Assembly: GCA_016748015.1 (NCBI GenBank)
Contig: JAAOMT010000664.1
Location: forward strand, 1,974,576 to 2,038,575
Direction of reading: 5' to 3'
Length of the DNA stretch: 64,000 nucleotides
Source: Geosiphon pyriformis uo1
Taxonomy: Eukaryota; Fungi; Glomeromycota
Below the pieces are notes generated by a model that saw only the letters and a program-made list of their open reading frames with translations, was not told where the DNA came from and searched no databases. Position numbers and translations under genes: made by a program. The stretch's first letter is position 1. Each line of letters opens with the position of its first letter. Positions 37,114 to 52,000 of this stretch are shown in pieces.

Positions 37114-40069
37114 TCAGTGCTTTGATCTTTTTCGCAAAACGTTAAATATTTGTTCTATGCAATTCAGTGCTAGTTGCATATTGAGTAATTTTGTCTGTAA
37201 CATCTGCATAAGAAAACATATGTTAGCTATGATAATAAAAATTGCAAAATGCCTCGTTTTATTATATTCACCTCTTCCTTTTCTGAGTATGTCAAGAATT
37301 TATTAGCGTGATCTTCGTTTTCATCGTCTCCCATAGGAATTTCCAATTCTATCATAGGAGTTTTTGGGGAATTATCCTTGAAGTGTGTTTCTTGATCGAG
37401 GACTTGGTCTATCAAAAAACGATAAATATTGTCCCCACGATGAACAATAAAATAACGAAATGATACCTTTCAGTTCATCTTGCAAATCATTTATTTTTTC
37501 CTTATACTCCTGGGCCCATTTCTCAACAGCCCTTTGCAAAGGGTCCAAAAAATTTTTGTTGGTTTCCTGAATCTGCTCCATCTCCCAGATTTTTGTCTAA
37601 TAAATAAAATTAAAATATCAACCGTTCAAATAGAGAATTTGGAAAAATCTTATAACGCTTACCACATTATCCGGATCCTTCGAAAGAATTAAATAGTAAA
37701 AATTTAGCGCCTGCATGATAAAACTGTAATGTTCGGTAAATGCCCCTTCGTCCTCAGTAAGATCTATCGATCTTTTCTGCTTTTTTTGTTGGGGCAGTCG
37801 AAGGATTTTGGGAAAGAAGGTTTGTACAAGAAAAGGACTTGCGAAAAGCGATCCAATGGGCTAATTAAAAATTTTTTTATTCATCGGCTATAATTTCGTG
37901 GCAAATACAAATAAGATGTAGTGTAGACAACCACAGACCTTTCTTTGAGCGTCGGTATCATATACCTTTTCAAGACTCTTCATCACATTTTCTTTGATGA
38001 TTATAATCGCAGCAGTTTTGATGGTTTCAAACGGACAATTAGTCAATAATTCATTAAGTACTAGAGCTTTGATGTTATCAATGCAAAGATCAATTATCCG
38101 CGAGAGAAGCCGAAAAGATATGAATCGAATATGAGCGTGTGGGGAGGATGCCGAAAATGAAGCGACAGCCTGAGAAAACTTTATAAGTAGTCTTGATCAA
38201 AACTTCGTTTAACATGATAACAAACTTAAATTGATCACCTGAATTAACATCAAAATTGTGGTTTTTGAATCCCCCACTTCTTTGTTGAAATATTCAGTGG
38301 TTATGGTACCCTCTTCAATCCGCTCCGTGAAATATAATAGAACAAAGAGAGTTTTATCTGCCAAAGACCCTTTCAAAGGATCACTAAAAATAAAAAACAT
38401 ATTGGTGATCGATTAAAAGTATAGATAAGAAAATTAATTCAAAAAAATTACTTTTGCAGGGAGTTTTCAACCATCGGTAAGATCTTATTGACCAACCATG
38501 TAGGAGTCAAAATCGAAGGGATTGTTATTCGACATTGTGTTTTGGGTTTCTTTAGTTCCCTGATCTGATGATATAATATGGAGGCCAAATATACCAAGAT
38601 GCTATTGGAAGGAATGGAAAAGTCTCGCACTTCAAAAGAATTCACGGCCTCTTCATCATCTAATTTTGATTTTTATTGCTCCTTGAGATTATAATATATT
38701 AATGATTTATACAAATTCTTGAGTTTACCTGGAGCTTCAACATCATAAAAATCTAAATATATGAGCAAATTATCAATCGAGACGCCTCCCTTTATCGCTG
38801 CTGCCTATAATTCACCAGGATATATCCCATTAGTCGCTCAAAGCAAGACAAACTTGTTTACATAAAAAACCAACTCTTACTAATAAGTGTTCCAGGTGTT
38901 TTTTATAGACAGGTCGAACATTTTCACTTGGCTTCTGTCGACGGGGAATATTATACTTTGGATGATAAATCTCGAAATAAGTCGATGCCATTTCAAAATT
39001 GGTGAACGCGAAAAACTGCTCGAACAACGACAGGATAAAATAATTGAACAAATAATATCTTTTTTCATCAGGGCCATTAGGGGATGATTTGAGAGAAATC
39101 GTCTGTAGTTCAAAATGAGAAGGCTGATCTGATGAGATTGAAGACAAAAATATGATCAAGGCGAATTAGACGTTTACCTTGAGGTCAACCTCAATCAACG
39201 TTGCTAATAAATCGCACAGTTCAAGGACCTTCTCGATCACAGCCAAATTAAAGTTTTCCTCTGTATACTTTACGTTTGATGTAATTCTGAGAATGGATCG
39301 TAATAAATCGGGAATAAATTTGATCAAGTTCTTGCGTTCAAAAAGAGATAAAACTGTGGGAAAAGCAATCTCATTATATCATCACTCAAACTCTGCGTCG
39401 ATTTTTTTTAATATCAACAAAAATAAAATCAAGTAATACCAATGACCAATGCATTAAATAATCCTAAAACTTCTTTCAAAGCTGTTTCCTCTGCTTCACA
39501 ATCAAGACAACTAAAATTTTCCAGAATCAGGAGTAATGTCTCTCGAGGAGGATTATTCTTCGCGATTCCTTTCAATATTTCTTGAGCCACAGATGCAGTT
39601 TCTAATGATAAAGATAGGTAAGGAATTGTTATATTAAAAATCTCCCATGAGATTTGGTTGACCAATTTGCGCTATTAAACATGGGAAAATTTTAGTTTCG
39701 AAATCAAAGTTTAATATTAAAACCCTTTTTAGGTTCTCAATCACATTATTAAATGCTGCAACCTTTTCTTGATCTTGATCTGATAAAGGGATGATTCTAT
39801 CTCTTAAACATGCGAGCATTTCGGCTTGTTCTTGGTGCGAAAGATGCGAAAGATTGGAAAATATTTCATTGAGTAAATTGGAATATTTTTTAAAGCATTC
39901 GATATCTTCATGATGTTCGATTTGCTTTTGATTTCATAAGATCATGTAAGTTGAAAAGATTTTTGTTAACTCTGTGACATAAATGAATTAGATATTAATT
40001 TTTGTATACCTGAAGGCAATCCTTGGTACCGTTTTCGACCGCACTTTTTAACTGTTCTAAACTTGACAT
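37114..40069 (-). CDS. YAP-binding (Ybp1/2)/ALF4/glomulin family protein, multi-exon
   Basis: ATG at 40069, TGA at 37114-37116; family-like motifs NQISWEIF, IAKNNPPRETLL, SSPHAHIRFISFRLL, LTNCPFETIKTAAIIIIKE, IMQALNFYY; GT-AG introns; exon borders not all resolved. Confidence 0.8.
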
Positions 40070-40539
40070 AACTATTGGGCTTTTCGTTTGCTTTAGATTA
40101 CTTGATTTTAAATCTGAAATTTAGAGTTACACTCCCAAAGTTTTAGCTGATAAAAATACTAATTAGTTGGTTAGCAATGCTTATCAATAAATCTACATAG
40201 TAATATTAGGTTAGTATTTTAAATTCTAAATTAGTTATATTACATCAAAAAATTTCCAATAAATCTTTTGCAAATTAATTAAAAAGTATTAGTTTAATTA
40301 CTTTTTCTAAGGACAACACGTGTTGTGTTTATTTATACCATAAATAATTAAAAAACTAAAATAATAATAAATTATTAAACATAAATTTACATAATATGTA
40401 TTGAAATAATTTAAATTAAAAAAATATAATAATAATTTAATTAAAAATTTTTTATATTTTTAATATCAATTTTTATAAACTACAATTTTTTTTTGCAATA
40501 ATAAATATGATACAATCACAAATTTTGTTTTATTTTATT

Positions 40540-43089
40540 TTTTATTATTATTTAACAAGCACAATTCAATTATTACTTATTATAATACAATTACAAAAGA
40601 TTTTAAAATCTGTATAACTTATATTTTTTTTACATATAACCAGTTACTTAAGTTAATTAAAACTATATTATACAACTATAGCATTAATAATATTAAAAAA
40701 TTTGCAAAATTTCTTAAAAAACAATTGTAAATTAGCAATAAAACCAAAACCAATATAAATTTTTTTAATAAAATCTTCGATATAACTTAAATTCTTAAAA
40801 TTAAATACAACAAAGTTATTAATAATTAAATAATTTTTTACAATTAATTCTAAGCTTAATATTTAATTATAATTAAATATAAATCTCTTTTTTTTATTGA
40901 TTTTCTGATCATAATAAGAATTAAAAAAAGCTGAAAAAATATTTATTTTCTTTTTTTATCTTATTTTTTTGTAAATTATTTCTTTTAAATCATTTTTTTT
41001 GTAAATATAGATTTAACAAGCCTTTTTATTAACAGTTTAAATATTGACAAAACTAAAATAAAAAATAATTTTAATATTAAGAAAAAAAATATATACATTC
41101 ATATATTTATAAAAGTACTAACAAAAAAACCAAAAACTTTATTAATATTCTTAACTTATCTGTTAATTTTTTGGTTATAAATATGTTTAAATTTGATAAT
41201 AATTTAGTAATTAAGTCTTAAAACAATAAAATAAATAATAAAACAAATAGTATTAAAATATTAAAAAAATATATTTGATATTTAAACAAAGATTTATGTT
41301 TCTTAACTTTACACAAAAAAAAATCATAAAAAATTCTTTAAAGCAGAAATAAAAAAATTTTATTCCAATTTAAATTATTATAAATCTTATACTTATTAAA
41401 TAGGTCAAAATTTGTTATAATTTTATTAATGCAATCATTGTAAATATAGTCAAAAAATCTTATAAATCTGTTATATATTTTTATTTTTTTTATATTATTA
41501 TACAAATATATTTAATTTATAAAATTATAAGCTTTATACTAAATTTTTTTGCTTTTTTTAAAACATTTTTAATAATAAATTTAACAGCAAAAATAAAAAA
41601 TTAAATAAATATTTTTTTAAAAACTGAAAATTTGTTTTTTTTTTAAAATATTATACTTATTGTAAACCAAAAAAATATGGTTAAATAAAACTTTTAAGAA
41701 AATTTTATATGTAGTTTTAATTAAAATAATAAGTTTAGTAATAGTTAAAATATTTTTTTATTAATACAGTTTTAAAATTATTAATATTTAAGTTTTTTTT
41801 CAAGCATTAGAAATTATTTTTTATATAAAACACCTATTTAATAAGATTAAAAGCAAGTTTAAAACAATTTTATTATTGTGTTTCTATATTTTATTAAAAA
41901 TATCAAACAAACTTATAGTTTTTTTATTTAATAAATTTTTAACAATTAATAAAAACTTAATTAAACCAATTTTTTTTATAATATCAAAAAATATATTATT
42001 ATTAATATAGTTAAAAAAAGCAAATTATTATTGTTAATATAAAAAAATATTATTTTTAACAATACATTTTTTAGTCTAATGTTTTATTATTAAATTTATT
42101 TTGTTTTTAATTTAATTTAATATCAAAATTAACTTATTACTATTATCTAATTAATCTAATATAATTTTTTAAAAAAATTTTTCCAATATGTTTTTAATTA
42201 TGTGTTTTTTGTTTTCAGTAAAATTTTTTATATACTTAACAATAACAGTTTTAATGTAATAATATTTGGCAAATTTAAATTTAAATATTTTATAAAATCT
42301 ATAAATCTTTTTAAAACAAGCTAAAAATTGTTTAATATTAGTTTTATTAAAATTATTTTAAAAATTTTTCTAAATTTAATAGTCTAAACCAAATTCAACT
42401 TAATATATTAATTTAATAAGAATTAAAGTTTATTTAAATTATTCAACTTAAATGTTTTTAAAATTCTAAACCAACAACTTTATTTTAAAAATTTTAGAAA
42501 AAATAGTATTTTTAATAATTTTATTATTCTAAAATTATATCATAAAAAGTATAATATTAGTAATAAAACTTATTATATAATAAAATAAAAATTATATTTT
42601 ATTGAAATTTTTACTTATCTTATATTCTTTAAAATCATTTACAATATTCAATATAATATTTAAAAATATATTATTAAACTTAGTTTAAATATTCTTATTA
42701 ATACTATTAACTTTGTATTTTTATTTGTTTTTATTAGTTTATTTAAAATTAAATTTTAAAAATTTTTATTAATTAAGATAAAATTAAATCAAGTTAAAAC
42801 TTTGTTAAAAAAAAAACTATTAAATAAATTAAAATAATTCAGATTAATAATTTTTCTAAATTTAACATAATAATTAATATTATTTTTGTTAAAATTACTT
42901 ATAATAATTATAAATATGCTATTTTTTAAAGCTTTAATTATTATTAAATTAATATTATAGACTTAAACAAGTTTTTTTTTTAGTAAAACGCTAGTATATA
43001 AATTAAAAATTACAATTAATAAATTATTTTTATACAACAAACATAATAACAAAAACTATTTAAGAAATTTTATAATCTTATATATATAC
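40540..43089 (-). mobile_element. Extremely AT-eroded LINE remnant
   Basis: 40620-40675 aligns to the LINE 3' end at 63195-63250 mostly via C>T/G>A changes; minus strand at ~42885-42960 reads NSIFIIIISNFNK, a decayed APE endonuclease GDFNE motif. Confidence 0.6.
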
Positions 43090-46000
43090 TGTTACCAGTA
43101 AAATTTTAGCTATTAATTAGCATAAAGTTACTTTTATAATTTCTATTATTAATTAGTATATATTATTATCATTTTAATTATTACTTATTATTTTATTAAA
43201 CTATCAAATATTATCATTCAATTAATAATCCGATTTGTATCATAAAAATTAAGATGATCAAATTACACAATACCCTAAACCATTTAATATTTAAAAATTC
43301 GCCGAAATTAGTAAAAATTGGCTGAAATAATCAATAGTTTGTAAAAATAACTTGTAGTTTGCCAAAATGTATCTTTAGTTTGCTAAAATTATAGTAAAAA
43401 GAAAAGTGCAAGTTCAAAAACTAATATTACAATAAGTTGTATAAAAGAAGAGCTTTTCTCTTTAAAAAATGTATCTTACCATAATATCTTACTCTTTAGA
43501 TATCTTAATTAGAAACAAATCATCTTTTACATATTTTTACAAAATAAAAATTAAAATTAAATATATGAAAACCAAATTCTTAACTATTATACTTGAAATT
43601 TCCTTGGAACAACTAACATTTTGAAATTGATTAGCTACCAATTTCAGTAATCTGTTAGTGATTTCAGGCTTGGATAGAAAACGTTTCCCTTATTAAAATT
43701 CTATTTCTTTTATATTTTTTTATTTTCTTTTACTTTCTTTATTATATTTATTAGAATAGCTTACAGACAAAATTTCTGTAGAAGAGTTGACTTTCACAGC
43801 AAAGTAACTACACATTTTTAGTAAGCTTCTAAACAAACAATTTCTGAAAAAGAGTTGATATTTACTACAATGTAACTACACAAAACAACTGGCACAGAAT
43901 TGGCCATTCCACTTATAAGCCCAGCAGTTCAAATTATAAAAAATAATTTGAAGATAAATTCAGTTATTGAAGGTTCAACTACTTCCAAAAAAACGTGAAT
44001 TCACAACTAATAAACATTAACAATATTCAAGAAAAGAGACCAAAAATCTCCAGTAATATTTGGTATTCTTTTATAAAAACAACACAGCAACAACAAAATT
44101 CAAAGTGGCAACCACACTAGACACAACAACTTTAGAGTATTATCAGTCAATTTACACTTACTGCAAACAAAGATTCAACATCCAAGATAGAATTGAAATT
44201 TTCAAAAAATCATTATACTAATATATTGAGAACTATATCAACAATTATATTTTTGAAAACTACAATATTTTAGAAATTAAAAGCAATCTTTACAACAATT
44301 TATTGCACCATTTACACTTGGGAACTAAAGACCTTAACAATAAAATACTTAACACCTATTTTCAAAAACTCAACTTTAATATTATTTAATCTTGTGAAAA
44401 AAAATATCTAATACAGTACAAATACTCTTTTAATTTTAAATTAGAACCAGAAAATAGCAACAACAGAAAGCAAAAGAAAACATTTCGAGTTAGCTATACA
44501 ATTCACAACACACTAAAAACAACTGCCAAACACTTACAAACACCTGAGCAAGGAACCAATGTCAAATTACCACTTTCTATTACATCATTTCCAATTTTAT
44601 TTGCTTAATTACAAATACCAAATTCACCACTTATCTATTTCTCAAGACTAGAAAATTTTCAGTTACCTAAAAGTCTTACTCAATAGCAAGAACTAATATT
44701 AACCAACACCAATCTTCTTGATTACTTACAAGAAAACCAAAGTAATCATTCAAAGAACTTGAAAAGTAAAAAAACTGAATTAGAACAAAAAAAAACTACT
44801 GAAAACAAAGAAGAAATAATAACTGCTTATATTGTAAAAATTCCTAAATTCACTAGTAAAAATAATAATACTAGTCCACAAGAATGGCTTAATAAAGTCC
44901 AGAAACCAAAAGATGCAAATGGATGAAATACTGTAAGAATGCTTAAAGCTATTCCCTATTTTCTTTAAAGAACAGCAAAAAAATGGTTTGAAAACTTAAA
45001 AAAACTATTTGAAAACTGGCAAGCATTTAAAGATGCTTTCTTACAACAATTTACCAACAACAATACCTCTATTACTTTTTAAAATTGCTTTTGCAATATT
45101 AAACAAAAAACATCTAAAACTGTTATGATTTATCTTAGGAGATTCAACAAACTTTTTCAATGAATTTAACAATTGGAAACTAATGAATACTATTCCAATA
45201 CCCAGATTTTAGATCAGTTTATAGCAGAATTGAAAGACAAATTGATCAAAAAAGTTTGTCTTCATGTTCTAGCAAACTTAGCTACAGCTATTAGATATAT
45301 AAAAAACTATGAAATGACAATAAAAAAAGCAAACTATACCAAACTTGTAAATCTTGCTATTGAAGAAATCAGCTTAGCAGCTAAAAAAAAAATAGACCAA
45401 CTTACAAAAAAGATTGAAAGTTATTTTACCAACTAACAGCAACAGCAACAGCAACAACCACAAAGATATTAGCCACTTTAATAACAAAATCAAAACAACT
45501 ACACACTAATACCAAACAACTAATTTTAAAGCTGTCATTATTGTAGAATTTTAGGACATTAAAAATGAGATTGTAAAAAATTACAGTGAGACCAACAAAA
45601 CAGAAGTAATTAACATTACTCTTTACCACAGCAATCTTATTATCAACCTCTGCCACCAACTTATTATCTACCAAGACCACAAAATCAAAACAGTTACTAT
45701 CAATCTGCTTTAGAACCAATGCAACAACAATATTAACAGTTTTTACCAGTTTAGCAATATCAATCACCATTCACTCCACAATATCAAATATCTGCTCAAA
45801 AATTGGTTCACCAAAACCAATTCATTCCTCAAAATCAATTTCAGAATAATAACAACAGAATCAATCTAAATAACCAGTTGGTTCTCCAAAATTCTGGTTA
45901 ACAAAGACCTAATCACTATTACACTCAACTCAGTTATTTTACAATGCCTGAAAAATCGGATGTTTAATAGACTGCACTTTCTAAAAGTAAAGCTGCAACA

Positions 46001-49000
46001 CCAAAATCAAATCTTTTCAACAATATTATTTTACCAGCCCAAATTGCCCAAAATGCCAATCTTTCAGATATATTTCCATTTGAATTTGAAGCCAATAAAT
46101 CACCATTCTTGTTTAGTAATACAGTAGTTAATGAACAAAAAACAATTACAGTTATGTATACTAAAGCTGAAGTAAAAGAAAAACCAATCTATTTAAATCT
46201 AAACAGTGAATCTGCTGGTAGTATTATCATCTACCAACTAATACAACAACTTCAACAAACTGTTGACAGACCAGCTCAAACTGTAATTGTTATAGCTAAT
46301 AGTATAAAAAAACCCCAGCAGAAAAAATTAACAACTTTTCATTTATCATCAATAGAATTACTATTCCAGTTAAAGTTTTAGTTATAAATGCACTCTAATA
46401 CTAAGCTCTTATCAGAAATGATTGGCTTTTCAAGGCCAATACAAATCTAGATTGGAAAACCCAAGAACTAAAAATTTTATACCAAAGACAATACACCAGA
46501 GTACCTGCCATTTGTGATACTTTTAATAAATAATCTGAAAAAGCCCCAGTATTTGAATTTGAAAAGAAGAAAAAAATCCTATTACTGAAACATATATGGC
46601 TCTTGGATTAACATCTAATTGAACTGAAGAGACAGAACAAGAAATCTTTGAAGAAACCAAAGGATAGAATGTTGTTTGATACTCTATACCAAAATTATAA
46701 AAACAACCACTTTATATTTTACTTAAATGTAAAGATTGCAAAAAAAAACTTTTATTAATAGAAGCATGCATATTCCCAGAAGAGGAATATGAAACACACA
46801 TCTGTTACTACTATAAAACATGCCATAGAGAACGATTTGGATATTCCAAATGAAGTGGAAAATGGAACAACACTTTTTGTCTTATATGTGAAGATATGTT
46901 ACCAAAAGAGTGCAACTGAATTGATGTTGCAATAAGAGAAGGAGTATGTAACCAAATCTGCCAATATACCCTATTAATTTCAGAAAAAATCAGAAGAGAA
47001 ACACTCTTTAATGCAGCATACAACAGTGCTCTCAACAAACTCTATCATTACTCTTACAATGCTAAAATAATCTTTGATTTAGCAATAGCTTTAATCAATA
47101 GAGCCATACAGGAAGATGTCTGCCAAATAAAAAAAGCTGAATACATTGAATACACAATAAAATTAGCTGGATTCAACTATAAAGATAAAGTAAAAACATA
47201 TTACCAAATTGCAAGCCACACTTACCCAACTCAAGAAGCTTAAATTTAATGATTAAAACAAATAAACATTCAATTGTGTAAAAAATACATCATGCCTTGT
47301 AATAATAAATAGTGTTTAGAATGCTATGCTCTTAGTATTCTCTTATCTAGCAAAGATAACCAGAAAAAAATTGAGTTTGGAGAACCTAAGCCAGAAAAAA
47401 AAATTGTAACAACTTCAATTTATCTTACTAAGAATTAATCAGCTTTACAACTTAAATATTTCGACAATAATAGTCAAAGAATCAAGTCTGAAAAAGCTTA
47501 TGAAATTGATGCAAAATATAACCTACAATATCTTGACAAAGACACTTTGGTCCTCCAACCAAAATTTTTAACAAAAATCAATCTCAGAATTGCTTTTGAA
47601 ATACTACCAAAAGCAATAATTCAAATTGTATCCAAATCATCATTGGCAAGCAAAAGAATCAATGTTAAAGGAAAAGTTATAAATGCAGAATACATTGAAG
47701 ACATTACCATTATGCTATAGAATAAAACTGAAAAACTATTTAGAATAGAACACATTAAAAAGATTGCTCAAACAATTTACCTACCTTTAATTAATATTTC
47801 AGAGTTGCAATCAGTTAGTAACAAAGAACAATTAAGCAAAAATGAAAGAAAAATACAAGGTTTTGGTTTAACTGGACAATTCACAATTCTAGTAAACATA
47901 ATTCTTAATGCACAGAATGAATCTTACCAGATTCTTCAACTTTTCTAATCCATTATTATTTCATTTTTTAAAGAACATCACGAAATTTACACTTGCTCAA
48001 AACCCACTACTACCCAACAAATCTTTGAATCCAATGAACAAATCTGTTTAAGACATGAAATCTCAATTCCAAATGTTTATATACCAAAAAAATAAAAAAA
48101 TCTTGAGTTATATTCTACAATCCTAACAATTACTCTATTGTTTTATTAAATAAATTAGAAATTGGAATTATATATAACAACATTTTTCAAGATGAAAACC
48201 CTCAAATTGTCTTTAATTTTATCGAAATTGTAAGACATATACTACTTTCTAACCCAAACATTATCTTTACTACTGAAAACTACCATTTTTTGAAAAAAAA
48301 ACTCTCTTGTATCAACATGGGTCCCTTAGAATCCCAACAACAAAGACAATTGAAACAGCTAATAGCTGAATTCATTAATATATTTGCAAAAAACAACAAT
48401 AATTTGAGAAAAACTGATATTGTTCAACATTAAATCCACATAGGAGATGCTCTACCAAAATAACAACAAATCTATCAAGTTCCACCTGCCAGCCATCAAT
48501 TTATTAGAAAAGAGGTCCAAAGAATACTTAATAATGGATTAATTCAATCATTAAAAAGTCTATAAGTCTTACCAGTAGTTTTAGTTAAAATGAAAAATGA
48601 AAAAATCAGATTTTGTATTGACTATTGCCAATTGAACAGTGTGACAATTGAAGATGCTTACCCTCTTTCAAAAATCAATAACATGCTAGATGCTCTAGGA
48701 AAAGCTAAGTTCTTTTCAACTTTAGACTTGGAAAGTGAATACTGGCAAGTTGAAATAGACCCAAAAAATTGCTCTAAAACAGCATTTACCATCCAAGAAA
48801 AAAACTATGAATTTAATGTTATGCCTTTTGAACTCTATAATGTACTAGCAACATTCCAGCAACTCATAGATGTTGTATATGAAAGACTCTTATGACAATT
48901 AGTAGTTGTCTATTTTGATAATACTGATATGTATTCACCAAGTTTTAAAGCTTATTTTATTTATCTGTAAGAAGTTTTTCAACAATTATAGAAAGCAGAA

Positions 49001-52000
49001 TTAAAGTTAAACATTGAAAAATGTCATTTTGGAAAAACAAGTTTAATTTTTCTTGGACATATTGTTAACAAAGATGAAGTCAAACCAAATTCTAAAACAA
49101 TCAGTGCTGTCAAAAACTTTCAAACTTCCAAAAATACCACAAAGCTACAAGAATTTGTAGAATTAGCCTCCTACTATTAGAAATTCATAAAAAAATTCTC
49201 AGAAATTGCCAAACTACTCAATTATCTTACCAACAAAAATGTGTTATATCAATAGACTGAAAAACAACAGAAGTCTTTGAAACCCTCAAAACAAAATTGA
49301 CAACAGCTCCAGTTCTTATTTACCCAAACTTCAACAAATAGTTCTAACTAGTTACTGATGCTTTACATATAGCATTTGGTGCCATTCTATCACAATTAGA
49401 TAAAAATAGCCAAGAACAAGTTATTGTTTATACCAGTAAGACACTCAAACCAACAAAACTCAAATATGACTCAACTAAATTAGAAGCTATTACAATCATT
49501 TGGGCTCTTAAATACTTTCAACAATACTTGAGGAATGGAAAAGAATTTGACATTATAATTAACAATATTGGCCTTAAATGGCTCAATAAAAAAAAACTAA
49601 ACAAAGTGTCAAACAGTCTTAATGGAATAATTTCTTAACAGACTACAAGTATATTATACATTACAAACCAGAAAAATTACACACCAATGTTGATAGCCTT
49701 TCAAAAATAAAACAAAATTAACACCAACAACAATTTCACCACAACTTACCAATCTACCAACAAAATAACCAAACAACAATAGATTTCAGAAATTACAACA
49801 ACATTAAAAACTATTTGGAGACTTTTATCATGTCAGAAAATTGGTTTTCAAGTAAAAAACATCGGTTACAACATCAATCAAAACAATATTTTATATACTA
49901 CAACAAAATTTATTATAAAAATTGCAAAAATCCAAACCAATTACTCAGATTAGTACAAAAAAATAAAAAAAAAACAATTCTATATAACATGTACACAGAT
50001 TTTTCTTCAACATACTTGAAAAAAGATAGAACAATTCAAAAAACCCTTAAATATTATTTTTAGCTCTACATATAAAAAAACATTTAACAATATGTAGAAT
50101 TTTGTAATAGTTGTTAAAAAAGAGAAAGAACTTGCCTCATGGAATCTTTAAATCCAATCAAAGTTGAACAATCTTTTGACAGAATTAGAATTGATTTAAT
50201 TAGACTATTACCTATTACAACCCAAGAAAATTGTTATATTGCAGTTGCAGTAGATTATCTTACCAAATGGCTTAAAGTTAGAATCATCCAAAGAGCAGAT
50301 ACAAAATTAGTAACAAATTTCATTTATGAAGACATTATTTGTAGACATAAATGTCCAATTGAACTTTTATCTAATCAAGAAACACATTTTGTAAACAACT
50401 TGATACAAGAAATTTGTGAATAATTTAATGTCAAAAGATCTCTATTATCACTTTATTACTCCCAAACAAATAAACTTGTAAAACGTTTTAACAGAACATT
50501 GTGTAAATTTTTAGCCAAAGTCTTAACTGATTTTGAGCAGGAATGAGATATATTTATTTTATTAGTGTTACTAACATACAAAACACTAAAACAAAATACT
50601 ATGAAACACACACTATTTAATCTTACTTATGGAAAAACAACAATATTACCAATTAATTTCACAGTGGAAACACATCCAGTGCAACCAATCAATAAAAAAA
50701 ACTTTCAAAAAACACTTCAAAGAAGAGTCTACACTTTTCTTAGTACTCTGAAAGAAAAAAGACAAATAACAGCCACTCATATTAAACACTCTCAAGCTCA
50801 ATAAAAAGAAAGACATAACAACAAACTGCTACCAATTACCAATGAATTTAAAGTTGGAAATAAAGTTTTCTTATACAGAACTAAAACTGAAAAACAATAA
50901 AGTAAGAAATTTGAATATAAATGAGATAGACTATTTTATATTCATAAAATCTTAGACAATAGATCATACAAATTAAAACTTAATAACAAAATACTAACAA
51001 AAGTTGCATATAGAGATTGATTAAAACACTATTATTTCAAAACAAATTCTGAACCATTAATTTTACAAATTGGTACACATTCTTCTTTAATTAATCCTAA
51101 AGATATTTCTTAAAATTTAGAACCAATAGTTATAATAGAACAATAACCAAACTTGGACACTTAATTTAACATTTTTATAACAATCCCTTTAATAATACAC
51201 AAAATGTAAAACAAAAATAGTAAATAATTACAAAAAACACCCAACTCCAAAAAACAAATAAAATCTTATATTCAAAAATTATTTTTTTTATTTTTTTTAA
51301 AAGTTTTATTTATTAGTTAGTTATTTTATTATGATTATTCTTCAAAATATCCTAAAAATTAATATTAGCTTTGAAAACACTTTTTAATTTATTTATAATG
51401 ATTAATAGAAGTCAAATTAATTACATTCAAAAAGAAACCACAGCACCAATAGTAAATAATTCTTAGAATTATTACTCTTATAGAAGAAATACAAGAAGTT
51501 ATTCTGAAATTCAATTACCAGAACTTTTAAAGCAAGCATTAAAAAAAAACCTTTTATTTGCCTCTATTAACATTTCACCAAATACTATAATTTAACAAAA
51601 ACTTTTACTATTTCTCAATAAACAGAACAATAACTATACTCTTATCTATATATATTTTCATATTGGAAAAACACTTTATGAACGAAAACTGGAACTTAAA
51701 ACAACAAACATCACTCTTGAAGCTATATAAAAACAAATTCACAATGAATTCAAGACAGCAGCTGGACCAATAAACACTTACTACAAAGTTAAAACAGCTT
51801 TTAAACTCTATAACTTATTTAATACTTGTGAAAATGTCTTACAAAATCCAATACTTTATCCAATAAAGATTCAGTACATTGGAAAGCTTACAGAACTGAA
51901 ATTTCAACAATTTTCAGACCAAATTACTTTAATTATCTTGGATTACTATCTTAATATTACAGATAGTACTTGGACTTCAATGAAGCTTAGTTTTGAGAAA

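Noticed and set aside
40300-43000. Organellar or endosymbiont insertion, or centromere core, as explanation for extreme AT content
   Set aside because: No organellar or bacterial genes seen; residual LINE motifs explain the tract. Centromere function cannot be judged from sequence alone.
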